Of a stretch of 64,000 bases of DNA, positions 55,306 through 64,000 are shown piece by piece. Source of the DNA: Actinomycetota bacterium. Lineage in GTDB: Bacteria > Actinomycetota > UBA4738 > CALAEC01. Both the position numbers and the translations under genes were made by a program. The stretch's first letter is position 1. The number at the start of each line of letters is the position of its first letter. The DNA is taken from positions 12,490 to 76,489 of the forward strand of contig JBOGVU010000001.1 in the NCBI GenBank assembly GCA_050692915.1, given 5' to 3'. Under the pieces are notes generated by a model, which searched no databases, had not been told where the DNA came from, and saw only the letters and a program-made list of their open reading frames with translations.

Positions 55306-55354
55306 CGCTCAGTCGCTGACCATCTGGACGCCCGGCGGCGTTCGCTGGAGGGCT

Positions 55355-56467
55355 CTAGCGGGGGGCGACCGTGAGCGGAAGGGACTTGCCGACCCTGGTC
55401 TTGGTCCGCCGGGTCAGGTCTCCGGCGATCTCCCGGAGCGCCGTCCCGGCAGGGGAGTCGGGCTCGTCGAGGACGACCGGCCGGCCATGGTCCGCCCCTT
55501 CGCGGAGCGAGACCTGCATCGGCACCGTGCCCAGGACCGGCACGCCGAGCGCGTCGGCCGTGGCCCGGCCGCCGCCGGAGCCGAACAGGTCGGTGATCTC
55601 GCCGCAGTGGGGGCACACGAAGCCCGACATGTTCTCGATCACGCCGAGGAGCTTCAGTTGCACGTTCGGATGCTGGGCCATCCGCCCGGCGCGCTCGGCG
55701 ACCTTGCTGGCGGCCTCCTGCGGCGTGGTGACCACGATCATCGAGCCGCTCGGCAGGAACGAGGCCAGCGAAAGCGACACGTCGCCGGTGCCCGGCGGCA
55801 TGTCGACCAAGAGGACGTCGATGTCCCCCCAGTACACGTCGCCGAGGAACTGCTGGAGGGCCTTGTGCAGCATCGGCCCCCGCCAGATGACCGGGGTCTC
55901 ATCCGAGACGAAGAACCCCATCGAGATGACCTTCACGCCGTGGGCCTCCAGCGGAAGGATCATGTTGTTGAAGCCCACCGGGGTGCCGGAGGCGCCGAGC
56001 ATCCGGGGGATCGAGAACCCCCACACGTCCGCGTCGAGGACGCCCACCCGCTGGCCCTCGGCGGCCATGGCCGCGGCCAGGCTCGCCGTGACGGAGGACT
56101 TGCCGACGCCGCCCTTGCCCGAGGCCACCGCGATCACCTCGGTGTCGCCGGAGGTGAAGAAGGTCTGCTGTTCGGGCTGGCCGCCCTTGAGCTGGCTGAC
56201 GAGGGTCTGGCGCTGGTCGCCGGTCATCTCGCCCAGCCGGACCTCGACCCGCCTGACCCCTTCGAGCGGGGCCACCGCGGCCGTCACGTCCTTGTTGATC
56301 CGGTCGCGGAGCGGGCAGCCGGCGATCGTCAGGAGTACGTCGACCCGGACGTCGCCGTCGGCCGAGATCTCCACGCCCTTGAGCATGCCGAGGTCCTCGA
56401 TCGGCTTGCCGATCTCCGGGTCCAGGACCTGTCGCAGCGCCTGGCGAACCTGCTCCTCGGTGGCCAC
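55355..56467 (-). CDS. mrp: Mrp/NBP35-family ATP-binding Fe-S cluster carrier
   Basis: N-terminal DUF59 domain, Walker A SGKGGVGKSS, CPHCG Fe-S ligands. Confidence 0.9.
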   Translation of the reverse strand: MATEEQVRQALRQVLDPEIGKPIEDLGMLKGVEISADGDVRVDVLLTIAGCPLRDRINKDVTAAVAPLEGVRRVEVRLGEMTGDQRQTLVSQLKGGQPEQQTFFTSGDTEVIAVASGKGGVGKSSVTASLAAAMAAEGQRVGVLDADVWGFSIPRMLGASGTPVGFNNMILPLEAHGVKVISMGFFVSDETPVIWRGPMLHKALQQFLGDVYWGDIDVLLVDMPPGTGDVSLSLASFLPSGSMIVVTTPQEAASKVAERAGRMAQHPNVQLKLLGVIENMSGFVCPHCGEITDLFGSGGGRATADALGVPVLGTVPMQVSLREGADHGRPVVLDEPDSPAGTALREIAGDLTRRTKTRVGKSLPLTVAPR

Positions 56468-56525
56468 GAACCCATATTATCCTGATTCGGACCGTGCTTA
56501 ACGGTCGAACCCGGGAGGGGGGACC

Positions 56526-57197
56526 GTGGCCACGAAGGGCCTGGAGATCCACAAGGCGCTCGCCGACGATACCCGGTTCCGTCTGTACCGGTATCTGCGG
56601 CTGGTGGACCGGCCCGTGTCGGTCCGGGAGATGTCCCGCCGCCTTTCCCTGCATCCGAACACCCTCCGCCCTCACCTCCGCCGGCTCGAGGAGGCCGGGC
56701 TGGTGGCCCATCAGGTCCGCAAGACGGCCGGCGTGGGCCGGCCCCAGACGCAGTACCGGGCCGTCGAGCCGGTCGGTGACGAGGGCCGGGACTTCCGGCT
56801 CCTGGCCGAGATGCTGTGCGGGCTCCTCCGGACGAAGCGCGACATCGACCGGGCCACCGACCTTGCTCGCGAGTGGGGCCGCTACCTCGTCTCCCAGGGC
56901 GGGCCGAAGCCGGGGGTCCGGCTGCCGGCCCGCCAGAACCTCGCCCGGGTTCAGGAGGCCATGGCCAAGGCGGGCTTCGAGCCGAGGTTCCGGCGGAGCG
57001 GCCGGTCGGTCGAGGTGACCCTCCGGGCCTGTCCGTTCCGGGACCTGGCCGACGACTACCGCGACCTGGTGTGCTCGCTCCACCGCGGGCTGGTCGAGGG
57101 CATGCTCGGCGGCATCCGCCCGCCCATGGGGCTCGGGGAGTTCAAGCCGTTCGCCGAGCGGGGGGTGTGCCGCCTCACCGCCGTCACCGCCCCATAA
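56526..57197 (+). CDS. ArsR-like winged-HTH transcriptional regulator with C-terminal domain
   Basis: GTG start. LADDTRFRLYRYLRLVDRPVSVREMSRRLSLHPNTLRPHLRRLEEAGLV. Confidence 0.7.
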   Translation: MATKGLEIHKALADDTRFRLYRYLRLVDRPVSVREMSRRLSLHPNTLRPHLRRLEEAGLVAHQVRKTAGVGRPQTQYRAVEPVGDEGRDFRLLAEMLCGLLRTKRDIDRATDLAREWGRYLVSQGGPKPGVRLPARQNLARVQEAMAKAGFEPRFRRSGRSVEVTLRACPFRDLADDYRDLVCSLHRGLVEGMLGGIRPPMGLGEFKPFAERGVCRLTAVTAP

Positions 57198-57221
57198 TGA
57201 GGCGGTGACAATCTCCCCCGC

Positions 57222-57821
57222 GTGTCCTCGCGTATCACGTTCACGGGAGGCTCGTTGACCGACCGCCCGGGCCCGCTCACCCGAGACGCGGAGCAGGAGC
57301 TGATGCGCCGGTTGATCTCCGGAGATGAGGACGCGGTCCGCGCGCTGTACGGCCGGTTCGGCCGTCCGGTGTTCGGTCTGGGCCTCCGCATGCTCGGCAG
57401 CGCCGGCGCGGCCGAGGAGCTCACCCAGGACGTGTTCCTGGCCGCGTGGCGGAAGGGCGGCCGGTACGACGCCGCTCGGGGGCGGCTGTCGACGTGGCTC
57501 ATGGCCATCGCCCACAACATCGCGGTCGACCGGCTCCGGCGGGAGTCGGGGCGCACCCCCACGGCGGTGGAGGGGCTCGAGGAGCTGGCCGAGGTCGGCG
57601 GGGGGGACGAGGAGGAAGCCCTGCTGGCCCGGGAGGATCTCCGGCGGGTGCTGGCCGACCTCTCGGTGGCCGAGCGGCGACTGCTCCACCTGGCGTACCT
57701 CCGGGGGTGGACGGCCCGGGAGATCGCCGAGGCGGACGGCATCCCCCTGGGCACGGTCAAGACGAGGTTGCGTACCGCGCTGATCAAGCTCCGAAGGATC
57801 CACGGGAAGGCCGAGGCATGA
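57222..57821 (+). CDS. ECF-type RNA polymerase sigma factor (sigma-70 regions 2 and 4)
   Basis: Region 2 ELTQDVFLAAWRK, region 4 LSVAERRLLHLAYLRGWTAREIAEADGIPLGTVKTRLRTAL. Confidence 0.8.
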   Translation: MSSRITFTGGSLTDRPGPLTRDAEQELMRRLISGDEDAVRALYGRFGRPVFGLGLRMLGSAGAAEELTQDVFLAAWRKGGRYDAARGRLSTWLMAIAHNIAVDRLRRESGRTPTAVEGLEELAEVGGGDEEEALLAREDLRRVLADLSVAERRLLHLAYLRGWTAREIAEADGIPLGTVKTRLRTALIKLRRIHGKAEA

Positions 57822-58546
57822 GCGACGCGTGCGGGGGCGTACGGGAAGACCTCGCCGAGCACGTCGTCGGGGTGCTCCCGCCCGCCCGGCGACGGGCGGT
57901 GGCCGACCACCTGGGCTGGTGCGCCGGGTGCCGGAAGGAGGCCGGGGAGCTCGCCGAGGGCGTCGCCGTACTGGCCCTGTCCGCGCCAGCCGATCCACCT
58001 GCCGGGCTGGAGGGGCGGATCCTCGGCTCGGTGGCCCGGGGGACCGCGCGGGAACACCGGCGGGGTCCTCGGGTGGCCGTGATCCTCGCGGCGGCGGTAG
58101 CCGTGGCATCGGTGGGGATCGTCGGCGCCATGGCCGGCCGGGTCCGGCAGGCGGAGGATGCCGCGGCCACCGCCAGGGATCGGGCCGAGGCCACGGTTAG
58201 CAGGTTCGCCGACCTCCTGGAGGACGTGGGGGCCTCGCCGGTGGTGTCCCTACCCCTCTCGGCGGCCCAGGGGGATGCCGGTGGGCGGGCCCTCCTGTAC
58301 GACGCCGGGGAGGGCCGCGACTTCGCGCTGGTGATCGTGGGCGGTCTCGCGGAGGCCGGCGAGCCGTACCTGGCGTATCTGGTGTCGCCCTCGGGCCGGC
58401 GCCTGGAGGTGGGCCGGCTCCGTCCTTCCGGGGACGGCCAGCTCTCGAGGTACCGGTTCTTCGCCGACCTGGCCGCGGCCAGCGACCTCGTGGTGGTGGA
58501 CGCCGAAGGCCGCACCGTGCTCCGGGTCGACGTCCCACCGGCCTGA
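57818..58546 (+). CDS. anti-sigma factor, ZAS family (HxxxCxxC), single-pass membrane
   Basis: ATGA overlap with the sigma gene. ADHLGWCAGC zinc-binding motif, TM VAVILAAAVAVASVGIVGAMAG. Confidence 0.7.
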   Translation: MSDACGGVREDLAEHVVGVLPPARRRAVADHLGWCAGCRKEAGELAEGVAVLALSAPADPPAGLEGRILGSVARGTAREHRRGPRVAVILAAAVAVASVGIVGAMAGRVRQAEDAAATARDRAEATVSRFADLLEDVGASPVVSLPLSAAQGDAGGRALLYDAGEGRDFALVIVGGLAEAGEPYLAYLVSPSGRRLEVGRLRPSGDGQLSRYRFFADLAAASDLVVVDAEGRTVLRVDVPPA

Positions 58547-58572
58547 TCCCGCCCGCTCGATATGATGCCGGT

Positions 58573-59922
58573 GTGGCCGGCGTGACCGACATCGTCGGCG
58601 TGGGCCTGGCCGGTGGCCAGGGCGTCCGGGCCCGGCCGCTCACCCTGAAGGCGCCGGGGTACCTCCGCTCGAAGGCGGCCATGGCCTTCCTGGGTCGGCG
58701 CTTGATCCGGTGGGTGATGGAGATCCTCTCCACCGAAGGGATCAAGGAGTACTACCTCATAGCGCACGGGAAGGAGAACCGGTACCAGATCAAGGTGCTG
58801 GTCGGCTACGGGGAGACGCTCGGGGTGGACGTCCAGTACTCGCCGGTGAAGTTCGACGCCCGCTCGACCGGGAGCGCCGACTCCACGCTCAGGCTCCTCG
58901 ACCACTGGGACATCGATCGCCCGGCGCTGGTGTTCCCCACCGACTCGATCATCGACTTCGACCTCGAGCCGATGGCCCGGGCCCACCAGGAGACGGGCGC
59001 CGCGGTGACGATCGCGGCCATGACCCGCGCCCCGGCCGAGGTGGCCGAGAAGTACGGCGTGATGCTGACGGACCCCGCGGCCAGGATCCTCGATTTCGTG
59101 GAGAAGCCCACGCTGGCCGACCTCCGCGACCACTTCCGGCTACGTGACCCCGACGAGTTCGACCGCCTCCCGCTGCTGACGAACGCGGGCTTCTACCTCC
59201 TCGACACCCGGGTGCTGCGGGACGTGGCCCGCCGGCCGGAGATCGAGGCGATGCGGGCCCAGCGGCTCGACTTCGGCAAGGACCTCCTGCCCTGGCTCGT
59301 GTCCGAGGGCTTCCCCGTGTACGCACATCCGGTCCGACGGATCGGCGACCTCGGCAACGTGGAGGACTACGTGGACACGATGGTCGACGTCCTCCACGGA
59401 CGGTTCGACTCCGTCACCAGGCTGATGGGTCCCCCGTACGACCCGGAGCAGAACGTGTGGATCGCCCCCGAGTCCCTCCACCTCCGGGACGACAGCAGCG
59501 GGAAGAGCCTCCAGGAGAAGATGTCCGAGGGCCTGGTGACGATCGGCCCGTCGGTGCGGATCGGCCGGTACACGGAGATCGGCCCCGGCGTGGTGATCAC
59601 GGAGTCGAATCTCGACGACGACGTGGAGGTCCGCGAGGGGGCGCACGTGGCCCGCTCCCAGGTCCGCGACGGCGCCATCGTGGGGCCGGGGGCCACCGTC
59701 CGGGACTCCGTGATCGGCTCGATGAGCGAGGTCCAGTCGGCCCCGGGACGGGCCACGTTGATCGAGGACTTCGTGGCCCTCGGCGACGAGGTGGTGGTGT
59801 TCCCCGGGGTGAGGCTGGCCGGGGGCGTGAGCGTCTACCCCCGGCTGAAGATCCCATCGGGCGTGCATGTCCCGCCGGGCGCGGAGATCGCCACGCCCCA
59901 GGACGTCATCGACCTCCTGTAG
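58573..59922 (+). CDS. sugar-phosphate nucleotidyltransferase with C-terminal left-handed beta-helix domain
   Basis: N-terminal NTP_transferase fold (GLAGGQGVRARPLT), C-terminal hexapeptide-repeat region (VTIGPSVRIGRYTEIGPGVVI...). Confidence 0.7.
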   Translation: MAGVTDIVGVGLAGGQGVRARPLTLKAPGYLRSKAAMAFLGRRLIRWVMEILSTEGIKEYYLIAHGKENRYQIKVLVGYGETLGVDVQYSPVKFDARSTGSADSTLRLLDHWDIDRPALVFPTDSIIDFDLEPMARAHQETGAAVTIAAMTRAPAEVAEKYGVMLTDPAARILDFVEKPTLADLRDHFRLRDPDEFDRLPLLTNAGFYLLDTRVLRDVARRPEIEAMRAQRLDFGKDLLPWLVSEGFPVYAHPVRRIGDLGNVEDYVDTMVDVLHGRFDSVTRLMGPPYDPEQNVWIAPESLHLRDDSSGKSLQEKMSEGLVTIGPSVRIGRYTEIGPGVVITESNLDDDVEVREGAHVARSQVRDGAIVGPGATVRDSVIGSMSEVQSAPGRATLIEDFVALGDEVVVFPGVRLAGGVSVYPRLKIPSGVHVPPGAEIATPQDVIDLL

Positions 59923-59924
59923 CC

Positions 59925-60929
59925 GTGCGGTTCGGCCTGGCGCTGCCCCACTACGACTTCTCCCGGCCCGACGGCGCGCCGGTGTCGTGGGAGGGCCTGG
60001 TGACCGCGGCCCGGCGGGCCGAGTCGCTCGGGTTCGACTCCGCGTGGATCTCCGACCACTTCTTCCTGTCGCTGGCCCGGTACGGCGGACCCGACGAGCC
60101 GTACGGCTCCCCCGAGGCCCTCACGGCGCTGGCCGGGCTGGCCGCTGTCACCGACCGGATCCGCCTGGGCACCCTCGTGCTGTGTGCGGGGTTCCGCCAT
60201 CCCGCCATCCTGGCGAAGTCCGCGGTCACCATCGACCTGCTTTCGGAGGGCCGGCTCGACCTCGGCCTGGGCGCCGGGTGGTACGAGGACGAGTACCGAG
60301 CCTTCGGCTACCGGGTCGTGGGGGAGCGGTTCGAAGTGCTCGAGGAAACGGTCGAGGTGCTCTCGCTCCTGTTCGGGGAGAAGGAGCCCGTTACCTGGGA
60401 GGGCCGCCACTACTCGCTGGACGAGGCCTACTGTCGCCCCCGCCCGGCCCAGCGGCCGGGGCCGCCGCTGTGGGTGGGCGGCAAGGGCGGGCCCCGGCTG
60501 GCCCGGCTCGTGGCCCGGCGGGCCGACGGCTGGAACACCGTGTGGGCGTGGACGCCCGAGGACTACGCCGACCGGGTCCGGGTGCTCGAGGAAGCCTGCG
60601 AGCGGCACGACCGCGACCCGGCCACCGTTCGGCGCTCGGTCGGCCTGTACGCGCTGGTGGGGGAGGATGAGCGTGATCTCGATGCCCGGTGGCGAGCCCT
60701 GCAGCGGTGGACGCCCGGCGGCGCCCTCAACGGGAGCGCGCTGGGTTCGTGGGGGAGGGACAAGCTCGTGGGCACCCCCGACCGGGTGGTCGAGCGCCTC
60801 GCGGCCTTCGCCGCGCTCGGGGTCGAGGAGCTGATCGTCTCGGTAGGCTCGCTGCCGTTTGCCGTGTTCGACGACGATGCCGTGGAGGTGTTCGCCCGGG
60901 CCGTGCTCCCCGCCGCCCGCGAGCTGTAG
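59925..60929 (+). CDS. LLM-class F420-dependent oxidoreductase (luciferase-like monooxygenase family)
   Basis: GTG start. FGLALPHYDF, FDSAWISDHF, GRLDLGLGAGW TIM-barrel motifs. Confidence 0.8.
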   Translation: MRFGLALPHYDFSRPDGAPVSWEGLVTAARRAESLGFDSAWISDHFFLSLARYGGPDEPYGSPEALTALAGLAAVTDRIRLGTLVLCAGFRHPAILAKSAVTIDLLSEGRLDLGLGAGWYEDEYRAFGYRVVGERFEVLEETVEVLSLLFGEKEPVTWEGRHYSLDEAYCRPRPAQRPGPPLWVGGKGGPRLARLVARRADGWNTVWAWTPEDYADRVRVLEEACERHDRDPATVRRSVGLYALVGEDERDLDARWRALQRWTPGGALNGSALGSWGRDKLVGTPDRVVERLAAFAALGVEELIVSVGSLPFAVFDDDAVEVFARAVLPAAREL

Positions 60930-60931
60930 CG

Positions 60932-61153
60932 ATGGACGAGCTGGAGGCTGCGGTGCGGGTCCTCGAGGAGCGCGGGGAGCCCCTGCACTGGACGGTGATC
61001 CAGGACATCGCGCTCCAGCGAGGCTACCTGGACCCCTTCACTCAGCCCGACATCCGCAAGCGCCTGTTGTCGGCGTTGTCGGAGGCCGCCAGGCAACCGG
61101 ACGGGCCCGTGGTGAAGTCGGGTCGGGGTGTGTACGCCCTGCGGCCGAGCTAG
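60932..61153 (+). CDS. small hypothetical protein (73 aa), possible winged-helix
   Basis: Start 3 nt after the LLM stop. No motif recognised. Confidence 0.4.
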   Translation: MDELEAAVRVLEERGEPLHWTVIQDIALQRGYLDPFTQPDIRKRLLSALSEAARQPDGPVVKSGRGVYALRPS

Positions 61154-61160
61154 TCCGGGG

Positions 61161-61505
61161 TCAGCCGGTCTGGGGCCGACTCCGGCGCCGGGCGGCGATC
61201 AGCGCCACCGCTCCGCCGGCAAGCAGGATCCCGAAGGCCGCCACCAGGAGCGTGAGCTCGGCACCGGTGAACGCGAGCGCCCCGACCCCTTCCCCCTGGA
61301 CTTCCCCCTGGACGCCCGGCTGCTCCACGTTCGGTGCGACACCGGCGCCGGGCACGATCGCGGTCGGTGCGACGTTTGCCGGCGACGTCGGAGGTGTGGT
61401 CGGAGGATAGGTCGGCTGGGCCAGTGCCGGGCCGGTCACGATAACAAGGACCACCAGAACGGCGACCGCCGCCATCAGTATCCGGAATGCCCTCGTCATC
61501 CGCAT
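61161..61505 (-). CDS. small secreted surface protein with LAFTG (LAxTG) cell-wall sorting signal
   Basis: Signal peptide MRMTRAFRILMAAVAVLVVLVIVTGPALA, Pro/Thr-rich stalk, then LAFTG + hydrophobic stretch + ARRRSRP positive tail. Confidence 0.6.
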   Translation of the reverse strand: MRMTRAFRILMAAVAVLVVLVIVTGPALAQPTYPPTTPPTSPANVAPTAIVPGAGVAPNVEQPGVQGEVQGEGVGALAFTGAELTLLVAAFGILLAGGAVALIAARRRSRPQTG

Positions 61506-61697
61506 GTCGTTTCTCCCGTCGCTTTCGATTGGTCCTCCGATGGTACGGACCGTGGGCTAGGCTGACGATACGCGCTCGGGCGTATATCTGAGCACCCGGC
61601 AGGCCATCACCGGTCTCCTGAATCAGCAGGTCGAGGCGGTGATTTCGCTCTGACTACGATCCGTGACGTAGTACCCGGGACGGGGCTGTTTGTCTCC

Positions 61698-63689
61698 TCA
61701 CAGGCCGGACCCCAGCACTCCCGCGGGGAAGGGCCGGTCGAAGGCCACCTCGAAGGTGGTCAGCTCTCCCGGCTCCCCGCGCCAGGTGACCCGGTCACCC
61801 TCCACTCGCATCCCGGGGGTGGTCCTGGCGACGACGGCGTTCTCGGGGATGGCCACCGAGAGCTCCAGGCGGGTGGGAACGATCGTCGGCTGTCCCTGGA
61901 CGGTGAGCCGGTACATCACGGTTCCCCGATCCTCCGTCCACGCGTCTGCGGTCGTCCATCGGTAGTCGAGCCGACCCGTGCCCCCGGACGGGATCCCCAG
62001 GCCCAGGATGATCACCGGGTGACCGAGCTCGGTGCGACGCGACACGGCCAGTTGGGAACCGTCCAACCGTACCTCCTCGAACCGGCAGGATGACGCGCAA
62101 TACGTCTGCACGTTCGTGATGTTGTCGCCGGCGTCGGCGTCGACGAACGGGTGGGGACCGATCACGTACTCCGGCTGGCCGCTCGACGGCGCGTCGTTCC
62201 TGATCGTCACCCCGAGCAGGCCCCGCGCAGAGCCGTCCTCGAGCAGCTCCACCTCGTAGCGGAGGGCGCGCCGCGCGTAGAAGTCGATCTTGTTCCCCCC
62301 GGCGTTGTTCGCCATCACCGCGAGGAAGTCGCCGGCCGGATCGGACAGGGTGCCGGCCACGCCCGCGGCCTCGAGCCCGCCCTGTATGGCCGGGTCGGCC
62401 GAGTGAAGAAGAAGGTGGCCCTCCGCGGCGGCCTCGATCACCGCCCGCCCGGCTCCGGCGGGATCGTCGGCGGCGCCACTTCCAAGGAAATGCGCCAGGA
62501 CGCCGGCCGCCACGTCGCCCAGGATCCTCTTCCGCGCGGCATCGTTCGGCAGGAGCGCGTACGCCTCGTTGGCCACGAAGGCCACGACGGTACTGGCCTC
62601 GACCGTGGTGCCGGTGGCCGGGACCTGGGCCGGCCCGGTGGCGCTCAGGAGCAGCGCCAGTGCCTGCGGGTCGGCCAGGATCGTCCCGTCCACCCGCTCT
62701 CCGGAGGCCGTTTCGTAGAGGCGCTCGATCGCGGTAGCCGCCGAGGGGGTGTCGGGGGTCAGGTTGATGTTCGACATGTCCTGGAAGCTGGTCCCGTACA
62801 GGGACTCGTAGTCGGGACCGGGAGCCTGGAGCCCGGAGACATCGGCGTCGTCCAGTCGTCCGACGTCCCGGAACGGGCCCACCTCGATCAGGCCCTCGCT
62901 GGCGGTGAGGATGGCGTAGGCCCCGATCAGGCCTCCGGTTCCCCGCAGTTCGGCCGGGTTCTGAGCTCCCAGGAAGTACCGCCTCGGCCCCTCGGCCCCC
63001 AGGAACGCCGGGAGGGTCCGGGCCGCGGCCGCGGCGGCCCGGAGGGCTCGGTGGGCCTGGCGAGCTTCGACCGTGAACGTCTCCAGGGGCTCGGTCACCA
63101 GTCCCGGGACCAACGAGCGCGGCGCGTCCTCCAAGATGGTCACCGCCCTGGTCGCAAGGTCGCGGGCCCGTGCCAGCGGCGGCGCCACAGCTCGGAGCGG
63201 CTCGACGGGGATCCTCCCTTCGCGGGGCGCCAGTGCGCCGAGGCCGCCGGGCAGGCCATCCGCGGCGTCGGTCACCTCGACGCCGGCCCGGGCCACCAGG
63301 GCCCCCGCCTCCGCGGTGGCCCGAACAGCGTCGGGGGTCCGGCCCACCAGCGGGATCCACGAGGCCAGCCGGGTCAGCGGATTGGACAACGTGCCCCGAG
63401 CGTCCTCGAACGACGCCTCGGCCCGGTCGAATGCCGCGCCGGCCGCCCCCAGGTCCCCGGTAGAAACCGCGTCCCGGCCCTCCAGCATGGCCGAACGGGC
63501 GGCCAGGAGCGGACCGCGGGCCGGGAGCATCAGTGCCAGGCCGGCGCCCACCCCGAGGGCGACCAGCAACACAGCCAGGATCACGAGGCTCCGAAGGCGC
63601 CGGCCGCGGGACGTCCCGTCTGACTGGTGCCTTCCGCGGCGCCGGGTGGTTCCGGTCACGTCAACGGATCTGGAAGCGATGACAGGCAT
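61698..63689 (-). CDS. DUF4012-domain membrane-anchored protein
   Basis: N-terminal TM (LVILAVLLVALGVGAGLALML). YFLGAQNPAELRGTGGLIGAYAILTASEGLIEVG matches the DUF4012 core. Confidence 0.75.
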   Translation of the reverse strand: MPVIASRSVDVTGTTRRRGRHQSDGTSRGRRLRSLVILAVLLVALGVGAGLALMLPARGPLLAARSAMLEGRDAVSTGDLGAAGAAFDRAEASFEDARGTLSNPLTRLASWIPLVGRTPDAVRATAEAGALVARAGVEVTDAADGLPGGLGALAPREGRIPVEPLRAVAPPLARARDLATRAVTILEDAPRSLVPGLVTEPLETFTVEARQAHRALRAAAAAARTLPAFLGAEGPRRYFLGAQNPAELRGTGGLIGAYAILTASEGLIEVGPFRDVGRLDDADVSGLQAPGPDYESLYGTSFQDMSNINLTPDTPSAATAIERLYETASGERVDGTILADPQALALLLSATGPAQVPATGTTVEASTVVAFVANEAYALLPNDAARKRILGDVAAGVLAHFLGSGAADDPAGAGRAVIEAAAEGHLLLHSADPAIQGGLEAAGVAGTLSDPAGDFLAVMANNAGGNKIDFYARRALRYEVELLEDGSARGLLGVTIRNDAPSSGQPEYVIGPHPFVDADAGDNITNVQTYCASSCRFEEVRLDGSQLAVSRRTELGHPVIILGLGIPSGGTGRLDYRWTTADAWTEDRGTVMYRLTVQGQPTIVPTRLELSVAIPENAVVARTTPGMRVEGDRVTWRGEPGELTTFEVAFDRPFPAGVLGSGL

Positions 63690-63721
63690 GGTACCGGTGG
63701 GTGAACCGATCGGTGCGGCTA

Positions 63722-64000
63722 CTACGAAGGCTCGGGTGATCGAACCTGGATGGCGGGCTCCAGCCGGCGGAGCAGGTCGCCGGCAGGGAGCCGGAACGAG
63801 AGGGCCAGGGCCTCGAGGTCGCCGGCCCGGAGGTTGACCACGTCGCCGGCCTCACCGCCGCGCTGCCGCCGGACCCGTTCCACCATCTCCGCGGCCATCC
63901 TCGGCTCGTCGCCCGGGAGTAGCTCGAGTTCGGTCAGGTCGACCAACACCTCGACCCGTCCCTCCGGCAGGAGACGGTCGAGCACGTCGGCAAGCAGGCG
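63722..64000 (-). CDS. hypothetical protein, C-terminal fragment (gene continues beyond window end)
   Basis: Open minus-strand frame ending with a stop at 63722 and running to the window edge. Confidence 0.3.
   Translation of the reverse strand, partial: RLLADVLDRLLPEGRVEVLVDLTELELLPGDEPRMAAEMVERVRRQRGGEAGDVVNLRAGDLEALALSFRLPAGDLLRRLEPAIQVRSPEPS

Noticed and set aside
55899-58109. ORF 55899-58109(-) 736 aa
   Set aside because: Antisense across the Mrp, ArsR-like and sigma genes. Arg/Pro/Gly-rich.
16393-61566. 12-mer ggctaggctgac occurring at 16393 and 61555
   Set aside because: Rough arithmetic gives on the order of a hundred chance pairs of identical 12-mers in 64 kb. With no consistent position relative to genes, it is not treated as a motif.
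61795-63623. ORFs 61795-63360(-) and 62151-63623(+)
   Set aside because: Shadows of the DUF4012 gene.

Overview
High-GC (roughly 70% G+C) bacterial chromosome segment with actinobacterial-style gene organisation: dense coding, many 4-nt start/stop overlaps (ATGA/GTGA), GTG/TTG starts, LAxTG sorting signal, F420-type enzymes. I support about 70 CDS. I found no rRNA, tRNA, CRISPR array, transposase or integrase. Many long ORFs in the six-frame track are antisense or out-of-frame shadows typical of high-GC DNA (Arg/Pro/Gly-rich, no motifs) and were rejected. Main blocks by coordinate: (1) 1-8279, a minus-strand glucoside utilisation operon: GH94 phosphorylase, membrane protein, MalG/MalF-like permeases, lipoprotein SBP, MsiK-like ATPase, GH13 alpha-glucosidase. 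(2) 8283-10476, an aldo/keto reductase and an FrhB-like F420-type Fe-S flavoprotein. (3) 13932-16203, a sensorless histidine kinase co-transcribed with a PGM1-like ATP-grasp ligase. (4) 16409-21691, the most system-like block: a secreted FecR-domain protein with an acidic Pro/Glu-repeat tail, a secreted Ca2+-binding beta-roll (RTX-repeat) protein, and a CHASE2-sensor class III adenylate cyclase in one co-directional module. (5) 21688-24203, reverse transsulfuration (CBS plus cystathionine gamma-synthase/lyase). (6) 24232-27640, tandem PQQ-type sugar dehydrogenase paralogs plus an imidazolonepropionase-like amidohydrolase. (7) 27955-29040, a second RTX-repeat protein behind a 314-bp leader. (8) 29054-33647, aldehyde dehydrogenase and MmpL with a divergent TetR and a perfect palindromic operator. 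(9) 33675-38086, a class II Fic AMPylase next to a TetR with an unusual operator array and a paaABCD core lacking paaE. (10) 38946-41980, ArsR with two AHSA1/SRPBCC genes, CHRD, crotonase and a hotdog thioesterase. (11) 42023-53285, NCS1 permease, PepA, TPP enzyme, a second hotdog-thioesterase paralog and assorted small genes. (12) 55355-58546, Mrp, ECF sigma with a ZAS-type anti-sigma. (13) 58573-64000, F420-dependent LLM oxidoreductase, a small LAFTG (class E sortase-type) surface protein and a DUF4012 protein.
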